From the NCBI GenBank assembly GCA_965644265.1, contig OZ286463.1:94798001-94862000 (forward strand): 64,000 nucleotides of DNA, given 5' to 3'. The position numbers and the translations under genes were made by a program. Below the pieces are notes generated by a model that did not search any database, was not told the origin of the DNA, and saw nothing but the letters and a program-made list of their open reading frames with translations. The stretch is from Glycera tridactyla. Lineage: Eukaryota. Below, one piece after another: positions 1-14,949 of the stretch. How positions within the stretch are numbered: the first letter of the stretch is position 1; each line of letters begins with the position of its first letter.

Positions 1-3000
1 ATTTTATATTTTTGGTTCAAAGCTGCTTGTGAGTGATATATACTCCAATCATTACACATTTGGGATGGATGTCAGTTGTACATCCCATATGAGCATTGAT
101 GTTGTGGAAAGCAAACGTGAGACAAGTGGTAGATGACCCGTTGGATATGTAGGTGAACTAGCAGTATTAGGTTAGCTAGGGCTCATATCTAGGATGGTAG
201 TTAAGATGTATATATATGCTGTGGATGGGGCTACGGCTGTCCTGAGCTCTCAACAAATCAACATCGGACACAGGAGTTGATCAGAACATGGGACGGGATT
301 GACGGTGATTGTTCTTCTTATCCTGATTGAATTGTAGAATTGTGGCATTGCTCTCTTTGATTCAGTTCCGGTTGATTGGTACTTCTAGGAGAAAATGCCT
401 TCCCTCCATTGAATGATCTGTGGTATCTTATGCCTACCTTTCTCATTGTTATCCTGTAGGATATTGCCTTCACCTTCTCAATTGTTGTCATCTTCATTCA
501 ATGACAGTCAACAAGTTGTTGGATTTCTTTTCTGAATTAAATCGAGATTCACATCTATTTGAACTTCAGGGGCTTGTAAAATTATACAGTGCAAATGTTG
601 GCAAACACAATGGGATCAGTCACAATATTGAATTGGCTACCAAATGTTGGTAGCCAAACAATACATTGTCAATTACAACCCCTTGAAATGTTAGGGGCCA
701 TTGCTCACTGACTTTGAAAATATGGTAGCAAGAGGGTAAATTTGGTAGTCATTGGCTACCACAGGTAGCAACAAAAAAGGAGGATATGCTCTCTGTGTCT
801 AATCCTATTTCATGAAAAGATTCCTAGATTGGAAATCATACTTTCTTCGTAGCCTGGCTGATCATTTTGTCATCGGTCTCCTGGCTTTCATATCTCATAC
901 TGGAATGGCGTATCAAGTTGATGTTGAAATAAGTTTCTGATTTTGGGTGCTGACTTGCCTTCTTACTATCAGTGATCATTCAATGATTTGTGGCAATTGG
1001 ATGCTGAATAATCGTCTTGTGGTCCATGATCTGCATGCTGAATCTCATAGGGACAATCACTGCATGGGAGCTGCTGATTGAGATCATTTCTTGGTGTCTG
1101 TCAATTGATACAAATTATTATCTCCCCTCTAAAATAATGGCAATGTCATTAATTATGGTTCAGTGACAATAGACTGAGTAAAAAAAAGCGTTCACCAGGC
1201 TCCGGATACTATCAGTCGGATCCTCTTAGGCCATAAATTAGTAAAGTTTCCATGGAATTGCACATGTATGTGTGATCATTTCATGTTGGTTGGGGTGAAG
1301 GTCAAGGTGGAAGATGTCATGCAAAGATAATCAGCTCAGTTTCAGCCTGATTGTGATATGTTGTGAAGAAATTTCTTTGGCCTATTCTATTGACTGTGCC
1401 GTAATATACCAATATGGAAAAAAATTCAGCATAGTCATTCATTCTTTCATTCTTCCAATTTCTCAATGTCTTTGGTCATTGTCATTGTCAGTGGTAGTTT
1501 TGGGGTGAAAACTGATATTTACTTGGAAAACAATGCATTGTGCGTAGAAGTAGTCAAAGCAGCTTATGAAGAAACTGCAAACTGCTACATTTGGTATTGC
1601 CATTATGAAATCAGTGGTGTACAATACCTCAACAGCAGGACACATGTTGGTCTAGTAGTTGTCTCCCGATACAATTGGCGTTGCCATTTTATCACTCTAC
1701 TTGAATATATAAGCTATGCACTGATAAGATCAGTAATTTCTTTCCTGATCGAAATAACAATATTGATGCTAAGTGAGGTCTCTAAAGTTATTTCCAACCC
1801 ACTCTGCAGTTGGCCAAATTTTGAATCATTGCTTGAATGATGTTGATATTGTGGGTTTACTGCCAGCATTCCTGGAGGTGTTCCACATGGGTCTTCTGCT
1901 GGGGATACTCCAGTCAAGTCATCTTATGTCTGCAGTTGTTAATTCTCAACATCTAGGTTCTTGCTCTCATTCAGCTATAAACTTTCATGTTTGGCACCAG
2001 AGCATTGTCACTGATTATGATGATGAATTGCAAGCTCTGGGCAAGGGTTCAATGTCATGTTTGAATCACAACATAAGAGAGCTCTGTATGGTGGTTATGT
2101 GGAGTTATGTGATGTAGGATAAGAGAGGTATCGTGATTGAGGTTGGGAGGAACTGTTGTCTGATGTTTGATTATGATGAAGACTGTGTCAGTATTGTGAA
2201 TAGCTTGTGGTATGCTGTGTCTATGGCAGCTCTGCTGATCCTAGAGTACCAAAACAGATAAATGACTATCACATGTCCGCTTTCTTGGATGCCTCATGAC
2301 ACTTGATTGTGGGCGGCATGTTGTCATCGTATCACAGTTCTCTTGTCTTGCTTCAAGATCTGCAGATGATGAGCTACATGCAGGAGCTAGATGGAAGTAA
2401 TGGAGTTAGACTGCACCTGAGTATGAGAATGTCTGCACTGTATCATCATCTTGTACACATAGACCTTGCTGGTCTTGTCTGCCATGCCTCTTAACACATA
2501 GAATAGTCTGCACGATGACATCATATTTCAGTCAACAAACAGCCTGTCTTAGATGCAGGATGTCCCATACAAATCTCCCTTTTTCACTTAGGTCAGTCAC
2601 TCATCCGTAAACTAATGTGATTCATTATCTGGACGATTTCTTTTTTTTTTTTTCCAAACTCTTCCACAATTTATTTTCAAGGTAGACCTTATTTCAGTTT
2701 CTCATGAATTTCATCATTTGGGATTCGGTTCATCTGAAGACTTATTCTTCATCACCTATAGATTTTGGATGAAATTGGCATGATACTGGAAAATTGGCAC
2801 TCAGAAGAAAGTGGCCATTCTGTCATTGTCGTAGTTTATCCTATATTGTTGAGTTGTTTTTTCTTCAATTGTTTTGCACTTTGTGAGGTATTTTTTTGAT
2901 TTTGATGTCTTCCCTGCATGGACGAGTTTATTTCACTAAGTGGCATGATTAAATCACGTGGCTATGCCCAGTTTTGGTAACCACTAAAGATATATTTAGT

Positions 3001-5907
3001 TAGCACATTATTAAAATTTGTCCTCATAATCAATCAGATACGATCTCCCATTTCTCTACAAGTTGATTATTTTCACAATGCGGTTCAGATATTCTGGATT
3101 CTTTCCCCATATTGCTATTGCATATGCTACCATTACCCCCATCACCACCAAAAAAGTGGACATATCAATGGAAAGGAGACCACATGGCTAAGATTTTGAT
3201 TGCCTCCTGAAATTGCCTTTGCAGATATATTGATTAAAAGTCAGGCTATTTCTTTTCATTCTGAATTATTGGAAGATATAACCCCGTCTGTGAGGTTCAC
3301 GAGATGAAGTCAATGTATTCTATGCAGCATTTGAAAATTGCATCATTGTTCAACTCGTCTTCATTTTAATTCATCCTGATGAATTGTGAACAGGTATAGT
3401 CACCTGAAGGCATGAGCTTGTGCATCTCTCAGTAAATGAGTCTTTTACAATGGAAGTGATTGGGAAAGCAACTTCACAACAATTTTGCCATTCTTCGATA
3501 TAGGGCATGATATTAAATGGTTGGACATGTTATTTGTATGAAGAAAATAGTCTGTAACTGTGATTCTCCTTGGCTTCGCTGGATTTGATGTAGCAGTTCT
3601 TGATACTAGACTATCTTGATGTGGATACATTCTGCTGTCCTCTTGAGGCTTTCTTTATCCATTGTGTTTGTGTATGTTGGTAATCCAGGTGCTGATTCTC
3701 AAAGGATGGCTACAAGTTTGTGAATGCTGTCGAATTATGAAATCATGTTAGACATTACCACCATAAAATTTGACAGCTCCCAGTGTTGCCAATTTGGATT
3801 CATGATAATTCTTTTCAGGAATTACTTCTTTTTCATTCCTTGTATTTCAACTCGAAGTATCTCCTAAAGCTGACAAATTTAAAGCCCTCTATTACATACA
3901 CTTCAAGAGTGAATCATTATTTTTGGATTTTGACCTCAGCTGTGCATCAGTGTTTCATACCAGATAGGTCATATTTTGTCATGTTTTATTTGTATTACCA
4001 AACTTTGTATCATCTGAACTATTTCATGGAAAATTTTCATCCATTATTTGAATGTATATTGGCTATTTTTCCCCATCTTTTACACTTTCACAGGAAAAGA
4101 GGCTAGAGTGTATTTTACTGTTTTTTTCTATTCTATTTTCTAGGTATTTTAACGTCCAAATAAACATTGCCCTAATGGTATAGAAAGACATGTAAAGTTC
4201 CACTTGAATGGAGTTCAATCCTAGTTATGAGTAATTCATGGACATCGATATGAGTAAAATTTTGAGATTACAATGTTGGGTTTGTGTCTTCACTGATTAG
4301 AATCACTTATCTTTAGTGAGCAGGCAATGCAAATTGTTATTGAATATGATGGAATGTCATTCTTCTGAGCATTTTTATGTCCATACAACACCTGAAAATG
4401 AATGATGACGTCCTTTGACCATAAAGATGACCATAATGATGGTTGTAATATGCTAATATTCATCTAGCAATAATTGTCCCTCTATGATTGCTTTACACTG
4501 CATATCAGAGGTGACCACTGTTCTCCTATGTGAAAAAAGCTCCATAATCCATTGCAAATTCTGTATTCTGCTGAATAGATACACCAGGCGCATGAGTGTG
4601 TGGAAGAAGCCAACCTGTCATCATGCTTTTGCTTTGCATTGCTTTCATTAAGATTCAGAGATGATTTTGCTATCAGGGGTGTGATTTTTCTGCGAATCCA
4701 TGAACTTCTGTGTTTTTGATCACAAATGCAGCAATCCATGCAGTTGTTCGGGCTTCTTGGCCCACAAATTTTTGGTGAAAAGTGCCTCTGATAAAGTTTC
4801 CAGGGTTTGTGGTCGTTATCCAATCGCATCCTTGTATTATTGATCAATATCAGATTATATTGAGAAGGATACTTCGTGTAAGTTGTTGAGTGATATTCGA
4901 ATGTTAAAATGTTTCCAAAATTGCATAGTTTGTAAGAAGACAAGTATCATCTTGTGTAAGTGCAATTCATGGAATTTTTTGCCTAGGACGTAATTACCAT
5001 GCCCCCTCACATCCTCAAAAGGCAGTTCGATGCTTATTTGTGTGAGATTTGTGGTAATATGACTACCAATTTCTTGGCAAGATGTCTGGGATCTGTGTGA
5101 TCAGATCCATTTTGATTTGATATTCCAAAGAAAGGATCTTATCTCAAGTAATGCGGCATATCTATTCAGCAGAACAGACACTGCTATGTTTGCAAAGTCA
5201 TATTCTCACTAGTCAAATGGTCACATATCCTGACAGATGTGATGTCATCTAGTGCTGATTTTGCCATGACGCCCAATGATATTTTGTTGTTGTGGTGCTG
5301 GAGGATATTCTATTCCTATTCAGATAAGACTCTAGTAATCCTATACTTTGAAGCATTTTTCATTCTTCACTTTCATGGCCATAGGATTTTAGCGACTATG
5401 TAGATGTAATCACTTATCCAGAAAAAAAATTGAATTTGGCCGTTATATTCGAGTTCTCTTCTAATGCACTAAGTGATTTAGGGTAATTTTTCACATGCTG
5501 TATCAGTTATTTCTGTTTCAAGTTTCTGTCCATACTCACTACTTAAAAGAACGTGTAAAGCAGACCTTATGAGAATGAAAATTACAGAAATGAGATGCCA
5601 CCAATGTCGAAGACTAACAGATTGGGGGTTATTTCATTTCGATTGGTACATTATAGCAACCCACTTGTCATGTGCATCAGGGTATTCAAGTAATGGGCAC
5701 TGCATTGACTAGCCCATAGCCAGTCATTGCATGGGGCAAGTATTTTTCGGCTGTGTTTTAGATGATAATCGATTTTGTTGATTACACTTTTGGTGATCAT
5801 GAACTTCACTGCCACTACATTTTACTGTCTGTTGAGACTGCAGCTGACACATATACATTTTCAATGTGTTTTGGAATTAGTAGCAATTTTCATTGTTATG
5901 TTTGCAG

Positions 5908-6038
5908 GTTCAATGGACCCTTATTCTCGAGCGCCACGGTCACCCAAGTCTCGAACTCCCGCTTCACGACCACAGGGAATGGAAGGGCTAGCACAGACGC
6001 TGGTGACGGAAGAGAGCAAGTCACCAGTCAACGACCAG
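5908..6038 (+). CDS. STXBP5: Tomosyn (syntaxin-binding protein 5) internal exon, phase 1 to phase 0: (G)SMDPYSRAPRSPKSRTPASRPQGMEGLAQTLVTEESKSPVNDQ
   Basis: Acceptor atgtttgcag|GT at 5907/5908 and donor CAG|gtatgg at 6038/6039. The peptide matches the vertebrate tomosyn segment GSNDPYRREPRSPRKSR...KSPTS (recalled, not aligned). Confidence 0.88.
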
Positions 6039-7538
6039 GTATGGTACAATGCATTGCCCTTGCTCCCCTCCATACATCATTAGGACCATTCTCACTAGGG
6101 TTGTGAAATATCCTCTTATTCGTTCCGGTGATCCAGGTGCGCTGCATTTGGTACCATATGCTTTTTGGTTATATCTTCATCTATTATTTATTTTTGTCAC
6201 CAAGTTCTGGTTCCTATGTTGCTCAACCTATTTTCTCGTTCAGTTCAAAATCAGTTGCTATTTTAGTTGCTGCTTTCCACCTTTCATTAGCCAGGTTGCA
6301 TCGACACTTGCTACACTCTTGAAACCTCATTTTGCTTTGAAATATGCTCCTTTCAATTGTTTATGGATAAATTCATATCTATATTTTGATGATTCTGCAT
6401 TGTATGCCCTTGCTAGTCGAGCAGAGGAAGTAGAAGTTGGGTTGCAATATTTCATCCCCTATTGCTTGCAGCACTGGGTTATTCTATATCAGTTGCCAAT
6501 CAACTTGCTATTATCCTCGTTTCGTCCTCATTTTGCGAGTCTGCAGTCTTTTAGAGCTATCTCCTTTGTTTATTTATCCACCACACGATATTGAATGGTG
6601 GTCATTTCTTAGTTCTATCATCAGTTGTTTGCTTCTTCTGGCTTGTATTCCCATTTATTTTGAACTCATACTCTTCTTTAGTGTTCTTGCAACTTGCTGA
6701 TAATTTTGAGGAAGGGTATAGACTGCAATTATCACACAGCCTGCGTAGAATTCTTCATACTTCTTTTCACATTTACAATCTGTTAGCTATATTCACTTTT
6801 ACTTGCATACTTTGATATAAAAGCCTAACTCTATTGCTGTATATTCACTTTCATCTGAAACTACTGCCAAGGTGTTAGTAGTGATGAGTACATTCAATTT
6901 GACAAAGTTCTATTCATATTGCAAAGATACCTCTGCTTCTCATCATTATCATGTCCTAACTGTCAAAATCAATATTTTTCATCATTTGATAACCAATCAT
7001 ATTTTGAAGTTCAACTGCTAGCGACAATACTTGCGACACTCAAAATTGTGGTAGAAATGAAATTAGGCTTTTACATAGATGAATGCACTATAGTTTATGT
7101 AATGATCAAGATCAAGTCCAATGTCATTCTTTTCATGACTATTGAGTGTTTATTGGAATGATGAATGTGATAGAATACATCAATTGTAAAAGGTCACCCA
7201 TACTGAGTGACCATTAGTCAGTTCATCCAATGTATCTTATATTGGTGTAGTACATCTACCTGTCATTGCTGATATTATTATTGAGTCTTTCATTTATTGG
7301 TGATTGCAAGTTTTTGCTTTAAATGAACCAGTTGTGATATCTATATATCTATGTATGTATAGTATTCTTCATGAATGGTGTTTAATGATCATGCTTTTAC
7401 AGTCATTTGTTCAACAGTTACTCACTTAGAAAGTCCTGCATTTGATGTGATTTTCATGATGATCCAAAATATTAGACACATGCATGCATAGATACAGACA
7501 CACAGACGCAATCACAACCAAAAACACATGTGCGCGCG

Positions 7539-7542
<4 letters not shown>

Positions 7543-7573
<31 letters not shown>

Positions 7574-7590
7574 CCCCCACACACACACAC
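7543..7590. repeat. (CA)n microsatellite interrupted by a C-run
   Basis: Directly visible. Confidence 0.97.
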
Positions 7591-7991
7591 CATTAAATGA
7601 AGATTCATTTTATATTTTTCCTCTTTGTTTTCTAACTATATCATATTTGTAGTACCAACATATCTATCAATGTTCAGTTTTTTCTTCGGTTGGTCCTTCT
7701 CCATAGTTGTTCATTTGATTACACTTTGGCACTCAGTATGTGGTATATATTTTGTGGAATTTTGAAAGTGTGGAGGAGTATTTATCCAAAATGTGGATGT
7801 CAACCATTTGTGAGTCTTTTGTACTTTTCACATTTAATGCTTAGTGTATTGTCGCTTCTGTCCTCTACTAATTGTTGGAGTCATGGCAGGTCTTCAGTTA
7901 CTTCGATGAACCTTGTGTCCAAATGAACACATAGAGACACACAGGCACACACATATGTACATGCACACCCATGAATGCACACACATGCACG

Positions 7992-7997
<6 letters not shown>

Positions 7998-8070
<73 letters not shown>
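7998..8070. repeat. (CA)n microsatellite
   Basis: Directly visible. Confidence 0.98.
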
Positions 8071-8071
<1 letters not shown>

Positions 8072-10328
8072 ATCCAGTTAGTTGCAGTTCATGTTTTGTA
8101 TTTGTCATATGATATTCATCCAATCTGACATCTGATCAACATGTGCCAGTACAGCACTCTGCATTTTCAGCCGCTTTCAGTAAAGTTTTTTTCTACTTAG
8201 GGAAGTTTCAGGTTCGGTACACTCTTGTTCCTTGACTGTGATGATGGTTGCTATGATGACATCTAACCCCTTATGGCTGCTGACAGCATATAGGAACAAA
8301 TAGTCAGTTTGGCGTAGGTATAGAATCCTAGACTCCATCTACTCATCTGTGTACATCCTTTACAGTAATAATCAGCATCTCATGAAATTCCAACAGAGGC
8401 TTATTTTCTTGGCTTCCTGCCAGTCATTGCATATCCAGCTAAAGGTGTATTCGGTAACTGTTGTAACTCATGAAAAGTCGAAAATGAGTCTAGGATTGTA
8501 TCCTTAAACTGCTATTTTACTCTCATATGATAATTTAATCATGTTTGTTCTATTGATCACCAGGCAGTGTAGCTTGATTCTTCTTATCGTAATAAATCTT
8601 GCCGAGCAATAAGTCATCATGCATGTGGCATATATCCAGACCTTTAGAAAATATAGTTGCTGTCATCATGACTCACATGCAGCCTCTCATGTGGCTTACT
8701 CCTTGCTTGTGCTGGATCAGACTTTTTAGTTCTTTGATGTTTGATATAGGCTGCAGTTTTGAGAATATCTCTCTATTTCCAGGATGTATGATTGGTTGCC
8801 TGCTGGTGCCATGAAATAAGAAAAATGAAAGATTGAATATTATATTCAGACAGTGCTCACCATGATATGATGCTTCATGCATCCGCATGTGAGGGTGGAA
8901 AATATGGAAAACTCATTCTTCTTATTGATGCAAGCTGCATACTGTATGCCATTTATTTAAGATATTTCATGTAGGTGGTATGCTTTTGTTATTAGCTCTG
9001 CAGTCATAAGACAAAAATGATTCTTTTCTTTCAATATTGGCCAAACCAAATTGATAATCCAGATAATCCTCATCATGTACAAATATGTATTTAATTGTAC
9101 AACAGCTTGAATTACAAGTGGAGTTATCATGATGGGAAACTGAACTTGTAAGAAATATTTTAAACTGGTGGATTCAATTGGGAAAATCTGCACAGATCAT
9201 TTAGTTGTCTCTTTCTGAAAATATGAGATGAAGTTGTGATAGAAAAGGTAGAAAAAGAATGAAATAGTACCATTGTTTATATTATGTCTCACAATTTATA
9301 AGTGAGTTTTGCTCTGCTGTCATTCATTTTTTAGTGGTACTGGTTTCCACTGTTGCCCGTTTATGTTTCTAGGATAACGGCTCTCCTATTCCCACCATCG
9401 TAGTGCTGGATGAGTTGGAATATGTAGGTGTTACAAGCACTCTTATTGAGCTGTCTTTTTCTGTCCTTCTGCCAGACCCACCCACCCACCCATGGTGGCA
9501 CCACCTCGTTTAAGATACATGCCACCTTCCCATAATACCACAAGATGACTTAACATCAGTCAGTCATAGTCATACTAGCTCAGTAGCACAGTCTTTAAAA
9601 ACTAATAAATGCCAGATTCATTTTGAGCAGCCTGGGGCTTCATTTTGCACTCACCATCTTGCGTCTCCTTGATCACCAGTGACTAATTTTATTTGTCAGT
9701 TTGGGAGCAAAGTCATTTATGTCTGGACCATCTTTCAGTTTATCTGTTGCTTCTGATCTTCATTAGCAAGTAACTTTTGTCAGTATACACTTCAAAACTA
9801 GATGCCAACTCTTCAGAAATGATGGATGAGGCAAAATTGTTTTATTTTTTTTTTTACTCAACATCATCACATTCAAGATCAATTCCTATAAAATTGGAGA
9901 GGGAAATCAGAATGATAAGCCTAAATCAGTATTTATTCCAGTGACTTTTTGTTCGACAATTTCAAGAACAGTCAGTGCTTGATTATTTCAGGTATCATTC
10001 TTGATATCATCCAAGCGGGAGAATGAAGACATGAACACTTGCAGTCAGACTAGGGGTATCCCTAATTTATGGATCAACCCAGAGTTGTGATACATGCAAT
10101 TCTATTGCTGATGTTCTTTAGGAAAGCCATGATCACTCCCCTCCACAGTTCTTATGCACCCACACATTGTCGAAATCTTTTCTGAATTCTCCTAAGATTG
10201 GGCCACCATGGTAGCACTTGAGATGTATATTTCAATGTATGTTTCCATGTACCATCATAGAGTCAGTCTGAGCATGGAAAAAATGAACTTTTTTCCACGG
10301 CCCAGAATTGACTTGTGATGAGGATTCA

Positions 10329-10874
10329 TATATTGGAATGATAACATTATCATCAAGGTTGCATATTTTTGTCTACCTATCGATCACTGTATACACTCAT
10401 AAATTGTCCCTGATATGAATAAGCTGAGGCTAGATGTGAAGTGGGAAGCCCAGATCAGTTCAAAGTACAAGTAATGCTAAATGAAGAAGGGCATCCACAC
10501 GGCTAATTGAATGCTGGATCATGATTGGCTAGCTGTATGATGGATCAGTAGTACTCCAGAATCGTTAACCACAAGTAACTTTTTCGATCAGTAACTCTTA
10601 TATATTGGAATGAATACATGATCATTAAGGTTGCATATTTTTGTCTACCTATCGATCACTGTATGCACTCATAAATTGTCCCTGATATGAATAAGCTGAG
10701 GCTAGATGTGAAAAGTGTGAAGCCCAGATCAGTTCAAAGTACAAGTAATGCTAAATGAAAAAGGGCATCTACATGGCTAATTGAATGCTGGATCATGATT
10801 GGCTAGCTGTATGATGGATCAGTAGTACTCCAGAATCGTTAACCACGAGTAACTTTTTCGATCAGTAACTCTTA
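10329..10874. repeat. Direct tandem duplication, 2 x ~272 bp, highly similar
   Basis: Copies start TATATTGGAATG at 10329 and 10601 and both end GATCAGTAACTCTTA. Confidence 0.95.
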
Positions 10875-13607
10875 GCATTGATATGAATTATGAATATACT
10901 CAAGTTAATGGAGAGGGGAAATAGTCTACTTACTGGTTGGTTGAATGTTTGGTTGGTTGGTTGGTTGGGTATAATGGTATATCTTAAGGACTAAATTCAT
11001 TTTTGAGGTTGGAGAGTGTTAATTTTTATTTGGATCAGAAAGTGGTAAATTTATTGTGAAGACAGAGCATCATATTTTCTGCTCCACCAACCAAAAAACC
11101 TATACCCTACAAGATGACTCATTAGATACCTGGCGAACAAACCTCAGCAAAACATGGGTTGTTTGTACTTAGGCAGTCACTAACATGACCAATAAGTTGG
11201 GATTCACATCTTTATTAGATGTTTACTCACACAATTGTCTAGCTCTCAAGATAGCTTAGTTTAAGCTTGTTTTCTTTTCTAAATATGCACGGATCAGGGA
11301 GAAAGAATTTATTTTGTGGAGAGTGATTCTCCAAGTCTGTTCTTCTGATGAAAGAGCGGATGAAAAATTAATTTAGTGAAGACTGCACAACCCATCTTAA
11401 ATGGAGATAAATTGGAAAGATTGTCCATGTGGTGATAGGATTGCGTATTGCACACCTTATTGAGTATAGGCCTCTTTCCTGGATAATTGTAGCACTTTAT
11501 GCCCCAAATCATTAAGATGGTCATACATTGTCTATATTGCATTGAAAATTTTTAAGTGGGTCTTGTAAAGAAATGCCCTCTTTTCTTGGATTTTCAGGGA
11601 GGAGATCCTCTCAATTTTGGAAATCTTGGATGCAAGCCTGCATTGCAGTCGATAATTCTTGCGACAGATTTCACTGTAATGATACCAACAGACTAATGAA
11701 GAAGTATAGAAATTTGAGTGAGGCGAATGTGTTAAATAATTTGAGGTAATGTTTTACTGAAGTCACAAGTGGAAAATTTGTGGACACAGTAACACTGTGG
11801 CCCCACATGGTCATTCTAGGAATGTGGTCACAATTTGGACTTGTACTGTAGACAGTTATACTATGGTAATCTAGAAAAAATAGCTAGGTTACTGGATAAA
11901 AAACACCTGAGCACACTCTAATATGTAATATTGCCTGATTCAGCTAATTTGATATAATGATCATTAAGGTGAAGAGATTTGTGCATTGTTCTCCACGATA
12001 TCATTTTAGTAGTATTATGGTCAGGCATAAGCTAACATATCAGTAGAGAATGCATTGTACTGAACTTGCCAACTGAGTTTATGGTTGTATAAATGCCTTG
12101 AGCAGTATCGGTATATGTTCACTTTACTTAGGTAATTGTATCTACTTCCTCTCCCTCAATATCCCCTCATTTAAGCATTGAAGTTCGATGATTTGACCAC
12201 ATATAGCAGAGACACTGACTTCATCCTTGTGATTTCAGTCATAAGTTGATCAAAGTACCTCTAGACTATAAAGCATGACTATGATTCAGTTGGTTGTGCT
12301 ATTCATGAAGGAATGTGAAAATCCTTTGAAGTAAGGAATGAAATCACCTCTTGTTTGAAGGTTCATGTTAGAGCCCTTGGAGAGTCAAAATTCACATATC
12401 TATGCACATAATGAACCAAGCCCTTTGTTTTTCAATCAGATATTATCACAAAAATGCATTAAGAGGAAAGCAAGTCTTAGAATGTGTATTACGGCCTGGA
12501 ATACCACCCAGTTAATTAGTTATTTGGAGTTGGATTGATTCAGTTTTGCAATATTGTACAGAAAAGTGAAGAAGGTTATTAATTTGGTATGGCCCTCAAG
12601 TTAAGTCAAGTGCATTATCACCTATGTCTTCATTCTGTTTATTCATCGGATTGCCCTTCCCTCTCTCTTTTTATTCTCTTGCAAAGAATAGCATAAAACA
12701 TTTCAAGCTCTCTGAGATGCTTGCATATTCTGCAGGTTGGTCTACAGATGAATTGATAATCGATGGCATGACATTACAAAGCAAGAATTCAGATGCTGGT
12801 CATTTTGAAATGCTGTACAGTTCATCTCAGTAATTGGAGGGCCTGTCTCTAGCATTTCTTTCCTTTCGATAATGTTTGACTGATGTTCACATTCTGTGAG
12901 TTTGTGTCCGATTCATTGACTGATTCATTGTGAAAAAAAGGTTATGGCTTCACAATTGTCTGCTCTTGGATATTGTTATGGTTCGTTGCCCAGATTGCTG
13001 GTGACTGTGGTGAAAATTTGATACTTTTTGCTGTGTTTTCCATGACATGATTGTAATTATGTACTCTGTATGTATGACTTCATCCATATGTTGTGAAGTG
13101 CAGTTGTCCATTGACTGATGATGTATTTTAAGCAATGCTCTTTTTCATAGATTACAAACAGACAGGTATATCATCTCACTGACTGACTGAACTGTGTGAT
13201 AGTAGTAAGTTGGGTGACCAGGTACTGAGTGTTTGTCATAGATAAAATGTGGAACACAACTAATGATCTCCGGGATCCATGTATTAATCAAGAGTAATAT
13301 TGAGTTACTAATCGTAGTCGATACTTCCATCTGCTCAGTCAAGTAGTGATGTTTACGATGGCAAAATGTATGAGATGCATTGAAAGAATAAGCAACATAT
13401 GAGTTGAATTAAATGAATGAAAAACGGACAGTGATTAGTTAATGAATGGTATGTGATGCGTTAAAAGAATTAGATGAATAAAGAATGGGTTGAGAATGAA
13501 ATAAGAAAATAGAATGAGTCCATCAAAATATAGATTAGGGAACCCTATCAGTGATGTTAAGACATATTTAGATACATGGTACGTACACTATATACCACTA
13601 TGATGTG

Positions 13608-14905
13608 TTTTGGCACGCATGCGGAGCAAAATGCGTGTCTATGTAATGGCGCAGATTCCGTCTGTCCGGCCGTCCGGCCGTCCGGCCGTCCGGCCGTTTG
13701 GCCGTGTGGCGTAAACTTCCTGGTTAAAGTTTTTGGTTAAAGTTTTTCTTTGAGCTACTACTCTGTAACTAATCAAGCAATATTTCTGAAATTTTGCAAT
13801 CATAAAGATCATGAGCGGCAGAATACTGGGTATCAATATTGTTCCAATGACTTTCATGGAAGATGAGTTATTCAGGCTGGAATCCTGAATTTTAAAGCAA
13901 CTTTCTACCAGCAGAATAGGAAAGAGTGGACTATATGGTGTCTATTACCGAGGCAGATATGTAATGACACTGCCGGTCCTCTGAATGGAGCCTTGTCACA
14001 TTTCGTCCTCGGTTACATAACTGTCTTTGCACCAAGTGGAGTCTTTTCACATATCAGCAGAGCTGTCTGATCTCTTGATTAAACTGTGGTGGGCAGGGCA
14101 GGGGGTGGGGGCAGCAGCGAGTGGCCATGGGATGGGGTGGGGGGGGGGGGGCGGTGGCAGTTGTAGCAGGATTGATTGCACCTGGGTGGGGGGGGGGGCT
14201 AGGACAGTGAGAGGGGCAATGGCAGGGGCGGAAGGAGCCTATCAAATGCCTGTGACCTTGACCTTCATTTTCAAGGTCATGACCTTGACTTTGAAAACTT
14301 CAAGCTACATCCATCAAATTTTGCCAGATATGCACCAATGAATGGGGGACAATCCCATCGAATGTGGTTGACCTCGACTTTCACCTTCAAGGTCATGACC
14401 TTGACATTCATAATATTTTGTTACTCCAATAACATGAGAACGCTTGGAGCTACATTCACCAGATTTACACCATATATGCACCACTGAAAGCAAAAGAAGC
14501 CTATCAAATGTCAGTGACCTTGACCTTCATCTTTCAGGTCATGACCTTGACTTTGAAAACTTCAAGCTACATCCATCAAATTTCTGCCAGATATGTACCA
14601 ATAAATGTGGTTGACCTCATCCTTCACCTTCAAGGTCATGACCTTGACTTTAAAAATACTTTGTTACTCCAATGACATGAGAACGCTTGGAGCTACATTC
14701 ACCAGATTTACTCCATATATGCACAATTGAAAGCAAAAGAAGCCCATAAAATGGTGAGTGACCTTGATCTCCATCTCCCAGGTCATGACCTTGTTACTGC
14801 AATTACTTGAGAATGCTTGGAGCAAAAGATTATGCTTGCTAGATTCAGCTGCTTGGATGAATTAGCGGCGCACATGCGTGCCATTTGTGCATTTATGCCT
14901 TGTTT
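13608..14905 (+). mobile_element. Non-autonomous Helentron-associated element (HINE/DINE-1/pearl-like), family 1
   Basis: 5' subTIR TGGCACGCAT (13611-13620) with adjacent inverted copy ATGCGTGTC. Then a (CCGT/CCGG)n microsatellite and internal tandem units (~240-260 nt, 14240-14800). 3' subTIR ATGCGTGCCA (14874-14883), hairpin GCATTTATGC, end CCTTGTTT. Confidence 0.8.
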
Positions 14906-14949
14906 TAATTTTCGTTATCATTTTGTAACGTCTCATAAAGATGAAACTC

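Noticed and set aside
1714-2120. Gypsy integrase C-terminus (TGVSPAE)
   Set aside because: Only a 6-7 residue resemblance, without ordered flanking motifs.
4482-4943. 153-aa minus-strand ORF
   Set aside because: No recognisable product. There are only faint RTE-like hints (ITPL, QVGF in another frame), too weak to call.
7426-8128. CV/HT-repeat ORFs (also 33376-33708)
   Set aside because: These are translations of (CA)n/(GT)n microsatellites.
11290-11660. LINE RT remnant suggested by NYRLQCRLASKISKIERI on the minus strand
   Set aside because: That stretch coincides with the end of the hAT-like MITE also seen at 45075-45304, so the motif is probably coincidental. The remaining RTE-like hints are too weak.
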